Below are positions 14,203-25,623 of a stretch of DNA of 64,000 nucleotides, piece by piece. Position 1 is the stretch's first letter; every line of letters begins with the position of its first letter. The position numbers were made by a program, and so were the translations under genes. The notes below the pieces were generated by a model, which was not told the origin of the DNA, made no database searches, and saw only the letters and a program-made list of their open reading frames with translations. This DNA is from Octopus vulgaris. Its lineage: Eukaryota. Location of the stretch: positions 46,810,001 to 46,874,000 of the forward strand of contig OX597837.1 of the NCBI GenBank assembly GCA_951406725.2, written 5' to 3'.

Positions 14203-14731
14203 AGTGATCTTATTTCTTGTGATTGGCTGAAGATCAATGCCAACCACATTGGACTTCATAACATTGTATTTCGTCTGCCATTACGTTCTGCGTTCAAATT
14301 CTGCCGAGGTTGACTTTGCCTTTCATCCTTTCAAGGTCAATAAATTAAGTACCAGTTATGCAATGGGATCAATGTAATCAACTTAATCTGTTTGTCTGTC
14401 CTTGTTTGTCCCCTCTGTGTTTAGCCCCTTGTGGGCAGTAAAGAAATAGGATTTCATAACAAAGGATAACAAAAAAAAACAAAAAAAAAGAGGCAGGACC
14501 AGAAAAGATGGATTTAATAAATTATAAAATATTTATTTGTTTGTTTTCATTTTTTCATGGCCCTTAGATGTGTCCTTTATTGTTGGAAATATGGTTGTGG
14601 GGTTAAGAAGTTCACTTTGGAACCATGTAAGTTCAGAGTGAATGGCATTTGTGCTCGTGTCACCTGCTGATGATTGGAGTTGACCAATGTTGGGTGAGTG
14701 ATGAAATTTGATTGATGGGCAACCGTCCAAC

Positions 14732-14765
<34 letters not shown>

Positions 14766-15484
14766 AAACACATCGATTTTTGAGTAGGCTTTTCCATCCT
14801 GGTATGGACTGGACATGATTTCTTTAGAAACTATTCTATGAAAGGATTCCCTTCCTGATGTCATCTTGTTTTTTTTTTGCCCAAAAGGTGTCAATGTGAA
14901 GACATGCTGAGACAACATACACAAGCATATGTATGTGTTTGTGTGAGAGAAAGAGAGAGAGAGAGAGTTGACAAATAGAATTAAAAAAGCTCTAAAGTTA
15001 CAAGGTAATGCGTGACTAATTCCAAACAATATGAATAAAGAAGCGTTACATTTGAGAGGATAATCTGAATGCCAAAGGGTTAAAATAACAACAAGTACTG
15101 AAGTCATTGAGAATCTTTTAAGATTATTTGGTTTATTGAAAAAGAAAAAAGAAAAAAGAAAAAGCTGTTATTTACAATGTCAGACAGATTCCAACTTTAG
15201 ATTAAAAAAACTGTTTCTCGTTACTTTTCCATCACTAATTGTGTTTAGTATGAAACGGTAACAATGTCACATTTTGCTGTTTTGTCTGATATTTTCATCA
15301 CATTTCAAACAGCAAAAGTAGCTTGTAATAAAAACCACCAATTCTGTTGTTTATTCCTCTTCTTTTTTTCTTTCACCTGACTTGTGCAGGTAAACGGAAT
15401 GAACTGTGGATCTGTTGGTCATGTTGTTCTGTTACATTTTACTCCAGTGGCTTCACATGACACTTTTAAATATGACTCCTTCTG

Positions 15485-15536
<52 letters not shown>

Positions 15537-15541
15537 GCTCA

Positions 15542-15563
15542 TCAGGCAGTATATTTTAGACAT
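15542..15563 (-). CDS. ZNHIT1: ZNHIT1 exon 6 (final coding exon)
   Basis: CATTTAG acceptor. (R)CLKYTA* matches the conserved RCLKWT C-terminus. Exons sum to 495 nt (164 aa + stop). Confidence 0.9.
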
Positions 15564-16014
15564 CTAAATGAGTAAGAAAATAAAATTAAATTACAAGTTC
15601 AATCATAATTTCCCATCAAACTTTTAATTAACTTCATCCTTAGAATGTGTATTTTACAAATATTTACACCTCTTCATTTTGAATGGTTTACTCTTTGATC
15701 ACCTTCAGCTGTCATAGCCTTAGATGTAGACATAGCACTCAACGAGATTTGCACCCACCTGCCTACCCACCTACCTAGATTTTTAAACTAAAGATAGTAT
15801 TTTTTAATATCAATTTAGAAATAAAGCAGCGAGCTGGCAGAATCGTTAGCAGACCAGAAAAACTACTTAATGGTATTTCATCTGTCTTTATGTTCTGAGT
15901 TCAAATCCTGCTGAGGTTGACTTTGCCTTTCATCCTTTCAGGATCAATAAAATAAGTATCATACGAGCACTAAAGTTAATGTAATTGACTTAACCCCTCC
16001 CCTCAAAATTGGGA

Positions 16015-16440
16015 AGGTAGAAATAATGCAGTGGGTTGTGTAGGAATACTCTTAGTAGAAAAGTGGGAAGATAAGATAATTGAAGTAGTCAGAGTATGTG
16101 ATAGGGCAATCAAGCTGAGACTTATCAGAGATAAATTAATAGTTACATTTATTTCTGCCTATGCCCCACAGTCTGAGTTGGTTGAGGACCAATTTTCCGA
16201 GGTCCTTCTGCATGTTACCTCAACAAGAAATGACAGAGATGTTATTGTGGCAGGGACACATTGGGCAGCATTCTCATGGATTCCATGGTGTGCATGATGG
16301 TATTGGCTTTGGCCCCAGGAATGAGGAGGGAACAAGGCTACTGGAATCCTGTGATGCAATTGATCTCAAGATCTGCAACACAAACTTCAGAAAACCAGCC
16401 AGACACCAAATCACTTATCAGTCTGGCGGACATATAAGCC
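16015..16440 (+). mobile_element. RTE-clade LINE AP-endonuclease fragment (ZNHIT1 intron 5)
   Basis: VGILL...ISAYAPQ...GHIG...GFGPRNEEGTRLLE..DLKICNTNFRK...ITYQSG, frameshifted. Confidence 0.8.
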
Positions 16441-16732
16441 CGTGCTGGAGCCACAGGAAAAGCACTCAGTCCACTCTGCGAGGTGGGTGGTGTCAGGAAG
16501 GGCATCTAGCCATTAAAACCATGCCAAAACAGACACAGAAGTATAGTGCAGTCTTCTGCCTGGACAGTTCCTGTCAAACTGTCCATGGAAAGTGGATGTT
16601 AAACAATGATGACAATGATGATGAATGAACACACACATAGATATACATATATATACATATATACACACACGTATATAGCGAAAGAGAGACGAATTACAGA
16701 AAAAAGAAGAAATTAAACCTGATGAAACTCAC

Positions 16733-16813
16733 CGTGTGTCTTGATGTGTTCCAAGACACTTTGTACAACAGTAGCGTGCCCCACAGGATACACACTTGTA
16801 ATTAGATGGAAAT
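16733..16813 (-). CDS. ZNHIT1: ZNHIT1 exon 5 (HIT zinc finger)
   Basis: Follows an AC acceptor. FPSNYKCVSCGARYCCTKCLGTHQDT(R), GTGAG donor. Confidence 0.93.
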
Positions 16814-17530
16814 GTTATAATTGTTAAGGTGCTTGAGTGATACATATGTAAATGATAATAGTAATAATAATAATAACAATAACAAGAGCACTCAGAGAGT
16901 GCAAATCTCCACCAAAGCAACACCAATGTCCTCTCAATGATTAGCCGGAGATGATTTTTAAAATGAGAAGATCTGAAATAAACTCAACTGCTCTCACAAA
17001 CGTGAATACTAAAAATAAACTGGACTGCTCTCAACATTAAAGTAAAAAAACTCAAAAAATAATCCAGAATCCTTGTCCGGTACTTGATCAATCCCAGTGG
17101 TGGTCATGGAATGTGAAGGTGGGTGTGCTGGCTGTGTTTGAAATGCTGTGTGTGTGTCATCTGCAATGGGAACACGAACAGTTTTTTCTATGAAGGCCTT
17201 TTTTAGTCTATCCACTGATAGGGTCTTTACGACCATCAAGGTCTATAGTGAAAAATTTATTCATGCATCTAAGAAAGTGGAAAGGACCTGTATGTACCTG
17301 TACAGGTGCCATACAACCTGCACAAAGGCGTTTATACATCCATATCTGTTAACGGTTATTTTTAATACTTTCTCTTGCTGTATTGTGTGTTTGTTTCATT
17401 TTTGCATCTGTGATTTCATTATTGATTTTCTCTATATAAATAAAGATATGTCCTTAAATTTGCTGCTTTTCTTTACACGAAATGAGAAGATACCTTGCAG
17501 ATCTGTTATTTTAATGAGTTATGTGTATTT

Positions 17531-17635
17531 ATCACCCAAAGAGACACATCTGCACAATTAGATGCTCCTGAACCAGTGTTGAGGGTCCCACCCATGAGGG
17601 ATCGATGCTGGATGTGTCAAAACAATTGTCGTGAT
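17531..17635 (+). ncRNA. Decayed hammerhead, tandem copy of 17861-17960
   Basis: ATCAC-CCAAAGA-GACACATCT...GGATGTGTC-AAAA-CAATTG-TC-GTGAT. Stems retained, core mutated. Confidence 0.7.
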
Positions 17636-17860
17636 TAATAAAAATTCTTGTATCTTCCATCTTCTGTCTCTCATTAACCAAATATGTGTGTGTGTGTGTG
17701 TGTGTACAAGTATAGACATAAGAAATACTGTGTGTGTCTTTGTATACATACACACACACAAATATGTACATACATATATATATTTAAATACACATGTGTA
17801 TATTTATATGAAATGAGAAGGTACACTGAAGAACTGTTATTTTAGTGAGTTATCTATTTT

Positions 17861-17960
17861 GCACCTGAAGAGACACATCTGCACCATCGGATGCGAACCA
17901 GTCGTTAAGTATCCCACCCATGAGGGATCGATGCTAGATGTGTCGAAACAATTGTAGTGA
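17861..17960 (+). ncRNA. Type-I hammerhead ribozyme, intact core
   Basis: CAC-CTGAAGA-GACACATCT...AGATGTGTC-GAAA-CAATTG-TA-GTG. Stem I CAC/GTG, 9-bp stem II, palindromic stem III. Predicted cleavage after A17956. Confidence 0.85.
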
Positions 17961-18193
17961 TTCGTAAAAATTCTCCATCTTCTGTCACTCATTAACCAAA
18001 TATGTGTGTGTCACTGTAACTTAGTGGTTCAGCAACAGAAATTGATAGAATAATTACTAAGCTAAAAAAAAATCCTGGGGTTGATTTGTTTGACTGAAAC
18101 CCTGCAAAGCAGTGCCCCAGCATGGCCAGAGTTAAGTGACTGAAAGGAATAAAAGACAAAGCTGAAAGAATGAAACGGCAGGTAAAAGGATAT

Positions 18194-18282
18194 CCACAAA
18201 TGGCACAGAAGTGCTTTTCTGGAAATTTCGATGGTGGAACCACAGCAGAGAAATAATTTGGTGTCTTTTTGATGGCCATTTG
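18194..18282 (-). CDS. ZNHIT1: ZNHIT1 exon 4
   Basis: QMAIKKTPNYFSAVVPPSKFPEKHFCAIC(G). Ends at the U12 donor ATATCCTTT. Confidence 0.93.
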
Positions 18283-18520
18283 CTGCAGAAAAGGAAAAAC
18301 ATAGATTATCGATAACTGGCAAAAATGAAGTTAAGCAAATGATTTAATATATTTTTTATGAATCAAGGATAAAGCAGCAGAAAGACAGATAAAAATAGAA
18401 AGATATCCATATATACGGTTAGTTCTTTTTCTTGTATCATATATATATATACACACATACGTATCTCAAAATAAATGCAGTAACGAAAGGGTTAACAAGA
18501 AACAACAGAAGACTTCTCAC

Positions 18521-18603
18521 CTCTTCTTCCAACAATGCATTGAAAGACTTTTTGCATCTTTTCAGTTGGTCCACTTTGTTCTTCTTCTTCTTACGTCCAA
18601 TTC
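18521..18603 (-). CDS. ZNHIT1: ZNHIT1 exon 3
   Basis: TTTGCAG acceptor, (G)IGRKKKKNKVDQLKRCKKSFNALLEEE, GTGAG donor. Confidence 0.92.
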
Positions 18604-18769
18604 CTGCAAACAACAATAATGATATATGGATATATATATATATAGCAAAATTTAGATTCAGATGGACATGGTACTAAAGTTAAAGGCACCAGAATTTGGT
18701 GTGGTATTATCCATATAAATCAAATGGGGTGATTATAATCAAAATAAGCAACAAGGATATCCAAGGTAG

Positions 18770-18857
18770 TGTAGTACAATCGTTTCATGCTACTTCATTT
18801 TATTAAACAGTGTAAATATTACATCAGTTTTAAAATGTTGAGCAATCTTCAGCCACA
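18770..18857 (-). ncRNA. Type-I hammerhead with extended stem II (sense to ZNHIT1 intron 2)
   Basis: Minus strand: TGTGG-CTGAAGA-TTGCT...AGCAT-GAAA-CGATTG-TA-CTACA. Confidence 0.72.
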
Positions 18858-19303
18858 TATAGAATTTTTTAATTAAATGGACAATGTACATTTTTATACT
18901 TATTTCATTTGTCAATATTACAAAGACGGTAGATATATAGACAGAGAGGTTAATTTCATCATTAAGAACATGGTGGTAGTATGTTCTTCTCCATCTGTAG
19001 ATTTTTTATCACTGAGTTCACTTTGTTATTTAGATCTCTACCCTCTATATATCTACCCTCAGGGACCTTTTGAGCTGGATGGGTTACTCGACCAGAAGAA
19101 AATTCTAACTGGGCCCCACCTGCAAGGTCATGCGCTGTTTATCTTGATATGAGATTACTATGTCGCGTATATATGGTTGTGATGCATGTGCCTGGTGTAC
19201 CCTTATCAGACGGGTAGTCATGATGGGTATACTGGGCTTCGTATATTTTACCCCAGTGTCATTTTGATGGCATGCACTGCTCTCTCAATAATAATAATAA
19301 TAA

Positions 19304-19864
19304 GGCACTACGACAATACAGCCAGGCTTGTCCATTGGACACTTTGCAACAAGTATGGACTTGACAGAGCAAAAAATTAGTACGACAACAAACCTGAAGG
19401 CATCGTCGAAAATGGAAATGCAAAGATCCTATGGGATTTTATGATTCAGTGTGACCATGAGATAGAGAATGGGAAGCCAGACATAATCTTAATTGAGAAA
19501 GAAAACAAACTATGCTGGATCATAGATATAGCATGCCCAGCTGACAACAAGGTATGTGATAAGGAAGAAAGAAAAGTTGAGAGATATGACAGGTTAGCTT
19601 GGGAAGTTAAGCAGTTGTGGTCGATGAAAAAGGTGGTAGTAGTACCAATAATTGTTGGAGCCATGGGAACAATGAGCAAAAATCTCGAGATGTATGTGGA
19701 ACAAATAGGGGCTGCAATAAGGGTAGAGCACTTGCAGAAAACAGCACTGCTAGGAACTGCTCGAATACTCCAGAAGGTGCTTGAAAAATAAGAGGTGTTA
19801 CCTTAGTTCACTGGTGACACTGAGAATGTAATACATCTCCAGCATTAGAAGCTGTGCAAAGGCA
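19304..19864 (+). mobile_element. R4/Dong-clade non-LTR retrotransposon 3' end (restriction-like endonuclease), in ZNHIT1 intron 2
   Basis: RHYDNTARLVHW...KILWDFMIQCDHEIENGKPDIILIEK...IIDIACP...K..RYDRL...LQKTALLGTARIL with one stop. Flanked by (TAA)n on both sides. Confidence 0.85.
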
Positions 19865-19879
19865 ATGATGATGATGATG

Positions 19880-19943
<64 letters not shown>

Positions 19944-19947
19944 CAAC

Positions 19948-20124
19948 CAGAATTCATAATATCCATGTATTCTTCAAATTTGGGTGCCTTCTTACTCATT
20001 TTCAAATCCGCATGTGGATCAGCTTGGAAGTTGTCAGACTCGAGGGCCTCCAATGCTTTCCTTGCTCGCCGTTTCCGAGCAGCGTCATCAAGAATACGTT
20101 TCTTGTCAGCTTCACGGATTCGAC
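19948..20124 (-). CDS. ZNHIT1: ZNHIT1 exon 2
   Basis: (G)RIREADKKRILDDAARKRRARKALEALESDNFQADPHADLKMSKKAPKFEEYMDIMNS contains the family LEALExDNFxxDPHA motif. AG/GT boundaries. Confidence 0.93.
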
Positions 20125-20589
20125 CTAAAGTTTGGGTGAAGATAACACAACAGAAATCAAACAGTCATTTTGTGATCGTTGAAAGCTTTACCATCTTCTG
20201 GTCACATAGAGTGAAAACCTTGACTAACATCTTTAACCATCCCTTGACACATTAGTTATTGTAGTCCACTCTGCTGAGTGGTTGGTGTTAAGAAGGGCAT
20301 CTAGCTGTAAAAATCCTGCCAAAACAGTTGCAGAAGTCGGGTGCAGGCTTCTGCCTGGCTGGATCCTTGTCAAACCAAGCCACCCATGACAGCATGGAAG
20401 GCGGACTTTAAGCGATAATGATGAGGAGTCCTACATAAACAGTTTGAAATTAAAAGTGAGATAATCCTGGGGCTGGAATATATTTGACAATAGGTCAGTC
20501 AACTCATCATTGTCATCATTTTTGCATCCATGTTCCATACTGGCACAGACCGGATGGTTTAATATATATATATATATATATACATATAC

Positions 20590-20735
20590 ACGACAGGCTT
20601 CTTTCAGTTTCCGTCTACCAAATCCACTCACAAGGCTTTAGTCGGCCCGAGGCTATAGTAGAAGACACTTGCCCAAGGTGCCACGCAGTGGGACTGAACC
20701 CGGAACCAAGTGGTTGGTAAACAAGCTACTTACTT
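20590..20735 (-). mobile_element. Second tRNA-derived SINE family (copies also ~7265, 27865, 40555, 46935, 47670, 51670, 51800)
   Basis: GGTTCCGGGTTCAGTCCC B-box, CACCTTGGGCAAGTGTCTTCT core, microsatellite tail. Confidence 0.75.
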
Positions 20736-21235
20736 TTCATGATCAATTATTAGAGCACTCAATTTTTTGTTTCTTATTTCTTTATTGCCCATAAGGGACT
20801 AAGAGCACAAGATTTGTTGTTTCTGCGAACCTTCCATAGATGCATATATAAAATATACATCTAAGATTTCCTTTGGATTGATTCGGGATCGCTGAGGCTT
20901 ACTTTTGCCTGTGGATTCCACAGAGAGAATATTCTTTAATAAGATACCTATAAATGATTTTGTAAAGCGAGAATGTAGTTTTTAGTTGGTTTTTCTGTAA
21001 ACACACGAGTCACAAAGGTTTACGTTCCGAGTTCGAACCACGCCGAAGTCTACTCTATCTTTTTATTCTCTAGTAAAGAATCAAAACGATTAAATAAACC
21101 CTGGATATGTTGGTTTGAACATTATTTAATTAAATTAACAGTTCTATTGTATTTGCAGTGATTTAGTGAAAAAAACATAATTTACAAAAATAAACAAAGA
21201 AAATCAAATAATCATAATTAATTATAATTACTGAC

Positions 21236-21278
21236 CGGATTCCTTTTTCTCTCCTGATGATTTCTTGGGAAAAGCCAT
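21236..21278 (-). CDS. ZNHIT1: Zinc finger HIT domain protein 1 (SRCAP/SWR1 subunit Vps71), exon 1
   Basis: ATG at 21278, MAFPKKSSGEKKES, G|GTCAGT donor in phase 1 matching exon 2. Confidence 0.8.
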
Positions 21279-21690
21279 TTCGATTGTTTCTCTTTAGCAA
21301 ATTCAAACAATCCAAATAAAGTAATTTTTGCTGATTTTAATTAAAATTTCGGTTTTTCTTCGAAGTTTACAAAAATACAAAAACTGCGATTGCGGTGAAG
21401 CTGAGAAATAATCCTCTTCAGAAATAACTTCCAGGCAATATAATCCCAGTTACTTAGTTTGGAGGAAACATTTTTGTTAAAAAGAATATGACCCTCTTTT
21501 CTTGGGTAACTGTGCTTGGTATTTCTTTTCAAGAATTAGTTGTAAAATTTGGATTATCTATAAATAAATATAAGAAAAATAATAGTCGTTAGAAATTTCA
21601 TGGCGGTGAAAATGTATTTAGATAATTACAATTAGTTAAGAGTTGTTTCCCCTGTCATATGTTGAGCAAATTTTCCAATTGTGACGAGAG

Positions 21691-22075
21691 ATGTTCAGAC
21701 TTGCGCTGAGGTTGAGGCATCTCTGGCTTTATCTGGATGGTGAGCGGGTGTGGTCTCCGTTCGTTGACGAGATTTTACCCAGGTTCACCTCTTTTGGTAA
21801 ACTGGAAAGCTCGATCAGGCGTAGACCAAGGCTGGGAGCTTGGTAAGCAGAGTGTCGACAGGTGCTCGTGCTTCCCCCGCGAACGAGCAATGTAGACAGA
21901 GGGGACTCCACCCCGGCGTACTATGGAAGGCTGGTAGACGGCAAGTGTAATGACGGCCCGGGGAAGACTCTAGGTTTCGATGAAAGTCAGCTTGCCAACC
22001 TGCATCGAAGGACTTTCGGCCCAGGACCTATGGACAACTTCCAGAGGTCCCTCGATTGGGCAAACATTCGACATA
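21691..22075 (+). mobile_element. L1/Tx1-like LINE ORF2 C-terminal fragment
   Basis: GC-rich island. One reading frame with a single stop: ALRLRHLWLYLDGERVWSPF...W*AECRQ...[15 protein letters not shown]. Family assignment is from recalled motifs. Confidence 0.5.
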
Positions 22076-22426
22076 AATACCATAAATGTCAAAATACAAG
22101 ACGTGCATTTATTTATGTTTCTGAAGAAGATCATCGATTTCCGCAAAAATTTATTATTATTTTTTTTACATATGTGTGTGTGTGTGTGTGTGGGGGGATC
22201 TTTTGAAGTCGGCGTAAAAGCGAAAGAGACAGAGAGAGAGCAATGGTGGTGGTGTGTGTGTGTGAGAGAGGTTATGTATGTATGTATGTATGTATGTATG
22301 TATGTATATATATGTATGTATGTATAGATATATGTATGTATGTATAGATATATGTATGTATGTATAGATATATGTATATATGTATAGATATATGTATATA
22401 TGTATAGATATATGTATATATGTATG

Positions 22427-22458
<32 letters not shown>

Positions 22459-22490
22459 TGTATGTATATATATATATATATATGTATATG

Positions 22491-22523
<33 letters not shown>

Positions 22524-23345
22524 CATCTATATATACATCTATGTATATATATCCATCTGTTTATATAAAATGAGATAGGGGTTGAAAATTCAACCCACCA
22601 TGGGATAATATATATCCAATATACTGCCAGATAGGTACCCAACAAGACTAATACATAGATGTTAAAAATTGTCATATATATATATGTTTATATGTGTGTG
22701 TGTAAGCTGGCCTCCGTGCCGGTGGCATGTAAAAAACACCATTCAACCGTGATCGTTACCTGCGTTACCTTACTGGCAATTGTGCTGGTGGCACGTGAAA
22801 AAACATTCGAGCAAGGTCGTTGCCAGTGCCACTGGACTGGCTCCTGTGCATGTGGCACATAAAAAGCACCATTTGAGCATGGCTGTTGCCAGTATCACCT
22901 GACTGGCCTCCATGCCAGTGGCACGTAAAAGCACCCACTACACTCTTGGAGTGGTTGGCATTAGAAAGGGCATCCAGCTGTAGAAACTCTGCCAGATCAG
23001 ATTGGAGTCTAGTGCAGCCATCTGGTTCACCAGACCTCAGCCAAATTGTCCAACCCATGCTAGCATGGAAAGCGGACATTAAACGATGATGATGATGATA
23101 CATCTATGTATACATATATATATTATATAAACACATCTATGTATGTATGAATATATATATATATATATATACAAATTGAGATAGGGGTTGCAAATTCAAC
23201 CCTCCATGGGATAACATATATCCAATATACTGCTAGTGAAGTACCCAACAAAGTTAATACATAAATGTTAAGAATTGCGATGCAATTAATTCATTTACTG
23301 TATTACATGGGCAAAGGTAAAATTATTTTTACCATAAATTAATAA

Positions 23346-23778
23346 TACAAAATAAGAAAATGGAGAAATACATCCAAATCATTTATCAACTACCAGATAA
23401 TACCCAATCATATACTTTATTAAACCACGACATAAGAACATTAGGGTTAAACATAAAAATATATAACAAAACAGCGTACATGAATGAGTAATACAATACA
23501 ATAAGTACAATCATTATAAGAGGGTATAAATAAATAAATATAAATAGATATAAATATAAATATACACTATATTTATATCTATTTATATTTATTTATTTAT
23601 ATCCTCTTATAATGATTGTACTTATTGTATTGTATTACTCATTCATGTACGCTGTTTTGTTATATATTTTTATGTTTAACCCTAATGTTCTTATGTCGTG
23701 GTTTAATAAAGTATATGATTGGGTATTATCTGGTAGTTGATAAATGATTTAGATGTATTTCTCCATTTTCTTATTTTG

Positions 23779-23781
<3 letters not shown>
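23346..23781. repeat. Near-perfect ~435-bp palindrome (arms ~210 bp)
   Basis: TACAAAATAAGAAAATGGAGAAATACATC... is mirrored by ...GATGTATTTCTCCATTTTCTTATTTTGTA, centre ~23565. Confidence 0.92.
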
Positions 23782-23815
<34 letters not shown>

Positions 23816-23872
23816 ACATCTTTATATATATATATATATATATATATTTATTTTAAGCAGCAGAAAAATCAA

Positions 23873-23922
23873 CAAAATCTGTTACTCTGAGTTTCTCGTT
23901 GCCGTTCATCAGACAGTTTTTG
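23873..23922 (-). ncRNA. Minimal type-I hammerhead ribozyme
   Basis: Minus strand: CAAAAACTGT-CTGATGA-ACGGCAACGA-GAAA-CTCAGAG-TA-ACAGATTTTG. Confidence 0.75.
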
Positions 23923-24189
23923 CTAGAATGGAACATATATATTAATTCAATCTATACTCTTACAAACGCTACACCTTTAAAAAGAAATGGACTTGTTTGA
24001 TTGGCCCTTATATCGTTGCCAGAGCTGCTAGCTGGCTTCCATGCCGGTGGCATGTAGGAAGCACCATTCGAGCGGGATCGTTACCAGCATTGCCTTACTG
24101 GCACCTGTGCCATTGATGTGTGTAAAAAGATTCGAGCGAGGTCGTTGCCTGTACCGCCTGACTGGCCCCCGTGCCGGTGGCAAGTAAAA

Positions 24190-25030
24190 GCTATATGGAG
24201 AGAGATCAGGGTGGAGACTGGCCAAAATCACAGAAGTGCTGAATGCAGTATTCTTGGAAAGGGGCCTGTAAAAGAGCTATTGATGGATAATAGCATAGTT
24301 TTTCACCCAAAGCAGCTGAGGGGGATGCTCAAAAGGTAAAACATGAGATGCTTTCTCAGAGCTGCATACAGGCCCGGTGGAAACTTGATTGTGGAATGGC
24401 ACCAATGTATGACTGAGAGGGGATGAATCTCTTCCATGAAGACAGTCTTTTGGTACAAGATGTTACCCAGGGTGGAGAAAACTGAAGAGTCAGACCTGCC
24501 AAGGGCTATATTCCAGTACAGATGAAGACACCCAAGTGTGGTGTTGTTGCATTTGTACTGGTCAGAGACGAAGGGTGGGCAAAGTCCCTGAATGCTCAGA
24601 GCATAAAACAGTGGAAGAAAGGAAGGGTGGTCACAATGAGTACTCTGAATAATGTATCAGTGGATGGAATTCTGTGTTATGTCTTGGACACTTGAAGGGT
24701 GAATAACTCCTCTAATGATGAAGGAGAGGAAGAGGCTGGCCCTGTGACCCTACAGAGACCTAATGGGAATGTCACTCTGCCCAGATGGATGGATGATTTT
24801 GAAATAGAATCGAGGAGCAGCAATCTTTAGATCAGAGGAGCGTGTGGAAGAAGGATGAGTGACTGGGAGGGAGAGGAGGTGACATATTGAAGGTACCAGA
24901 AGTGGGAGGTTGAAAAGAGTCTCTTTTCTTATGGGTCTGTGACAAGGGAAAGACATTTGCTGGGAGGAGACCTTTTTGGCCAGAGGTTGGGGAGAGCTTA
25001 CATGTGAATATACAACTGTGAGGTCTTACT
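24190..25030 (-). mobile_element. Degenerate Penelope-like reverse transcriptase fragment
   Basis: Minus translation APRFYFKIIHP...DIPIRSL resembles the PLE PRFYxLPKIHK...PxRPIVS motif. Frameshifted. Confidence 0.5.
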
Positions 25031-25543
25031 GATTACCCATAACCCAATGCTTTGGGGGTGGGGCTGGGTGCCAATTGCAACATGAGGTAAGGGTGACTTT
25101 TATTTTATGCTTTACAACAAAAGCTGTAAATTCTGGAGGTATGAGAGGTAAATATATATTTATGTAGCCATGTGACTTCCATAAGGTTACAGCTGTTTCG
25201 CAATGTATGGTGAGCATTATACACTACAACTGTATATTCACAAATTAATGGCATTAATTGTGAATATACAGTTGTAATGTATAATGCTGAGCTTGCATAT
25301 TAAATGCAAATAAATACGTGTAATTTCTTCCATACTGAAATTAATTTTACATGGAAAAGGTTGCAAAATGCGCACAACCCTTTAGAAGTCACAAAGTCAT
25401 GTGGTTAAATACATACATACATACAATATATATATATATATATATATAGTGTACTGCTTTGTGATGGTAAGATCAACAAAAAGAAAAGTACATCTTTTAG
25501 TGAGAGATACATGTTATTAGATAAACGCAGCACGTATTTTTAT

Positions 25544-25623
25544 GAGCTGCTAATAGTTTCATGTGATGAAAACAAATCAGCATTTTATAACATGTCTGGT
25601 GTCTTCATGCAATCTTCAGACTC
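25544..25623 (-). ncRNA. Hammerhead with mutated cleavage site, in the left arm of a fold-back
   Basis: Minus strand: GAGT-CTGAAGA-TTGCATGAAGAC...GTTTTCATCACAT-GAAA-CTATTAG-CA-GCTC. Confidence 0.6.

Larger units (their letters stand above)
16814..18193 (-). other. U12-type (minor spliceosome) AT-AC intron of ZNHIT1
   Basis: 5' site ATATCCTTT at 18193, branch site CCTTAAC at 16829-16823, terminal AC at 16815-16814. Removing it restores the in-frame CAICG-FPS zinc finger. Confidence 0.95.

Noticed and set aside
17992-18193. ORF read-through extension of ZNHIT1 exon 4
   Set aside because: Runs past the U12 donor into SINE sequence.
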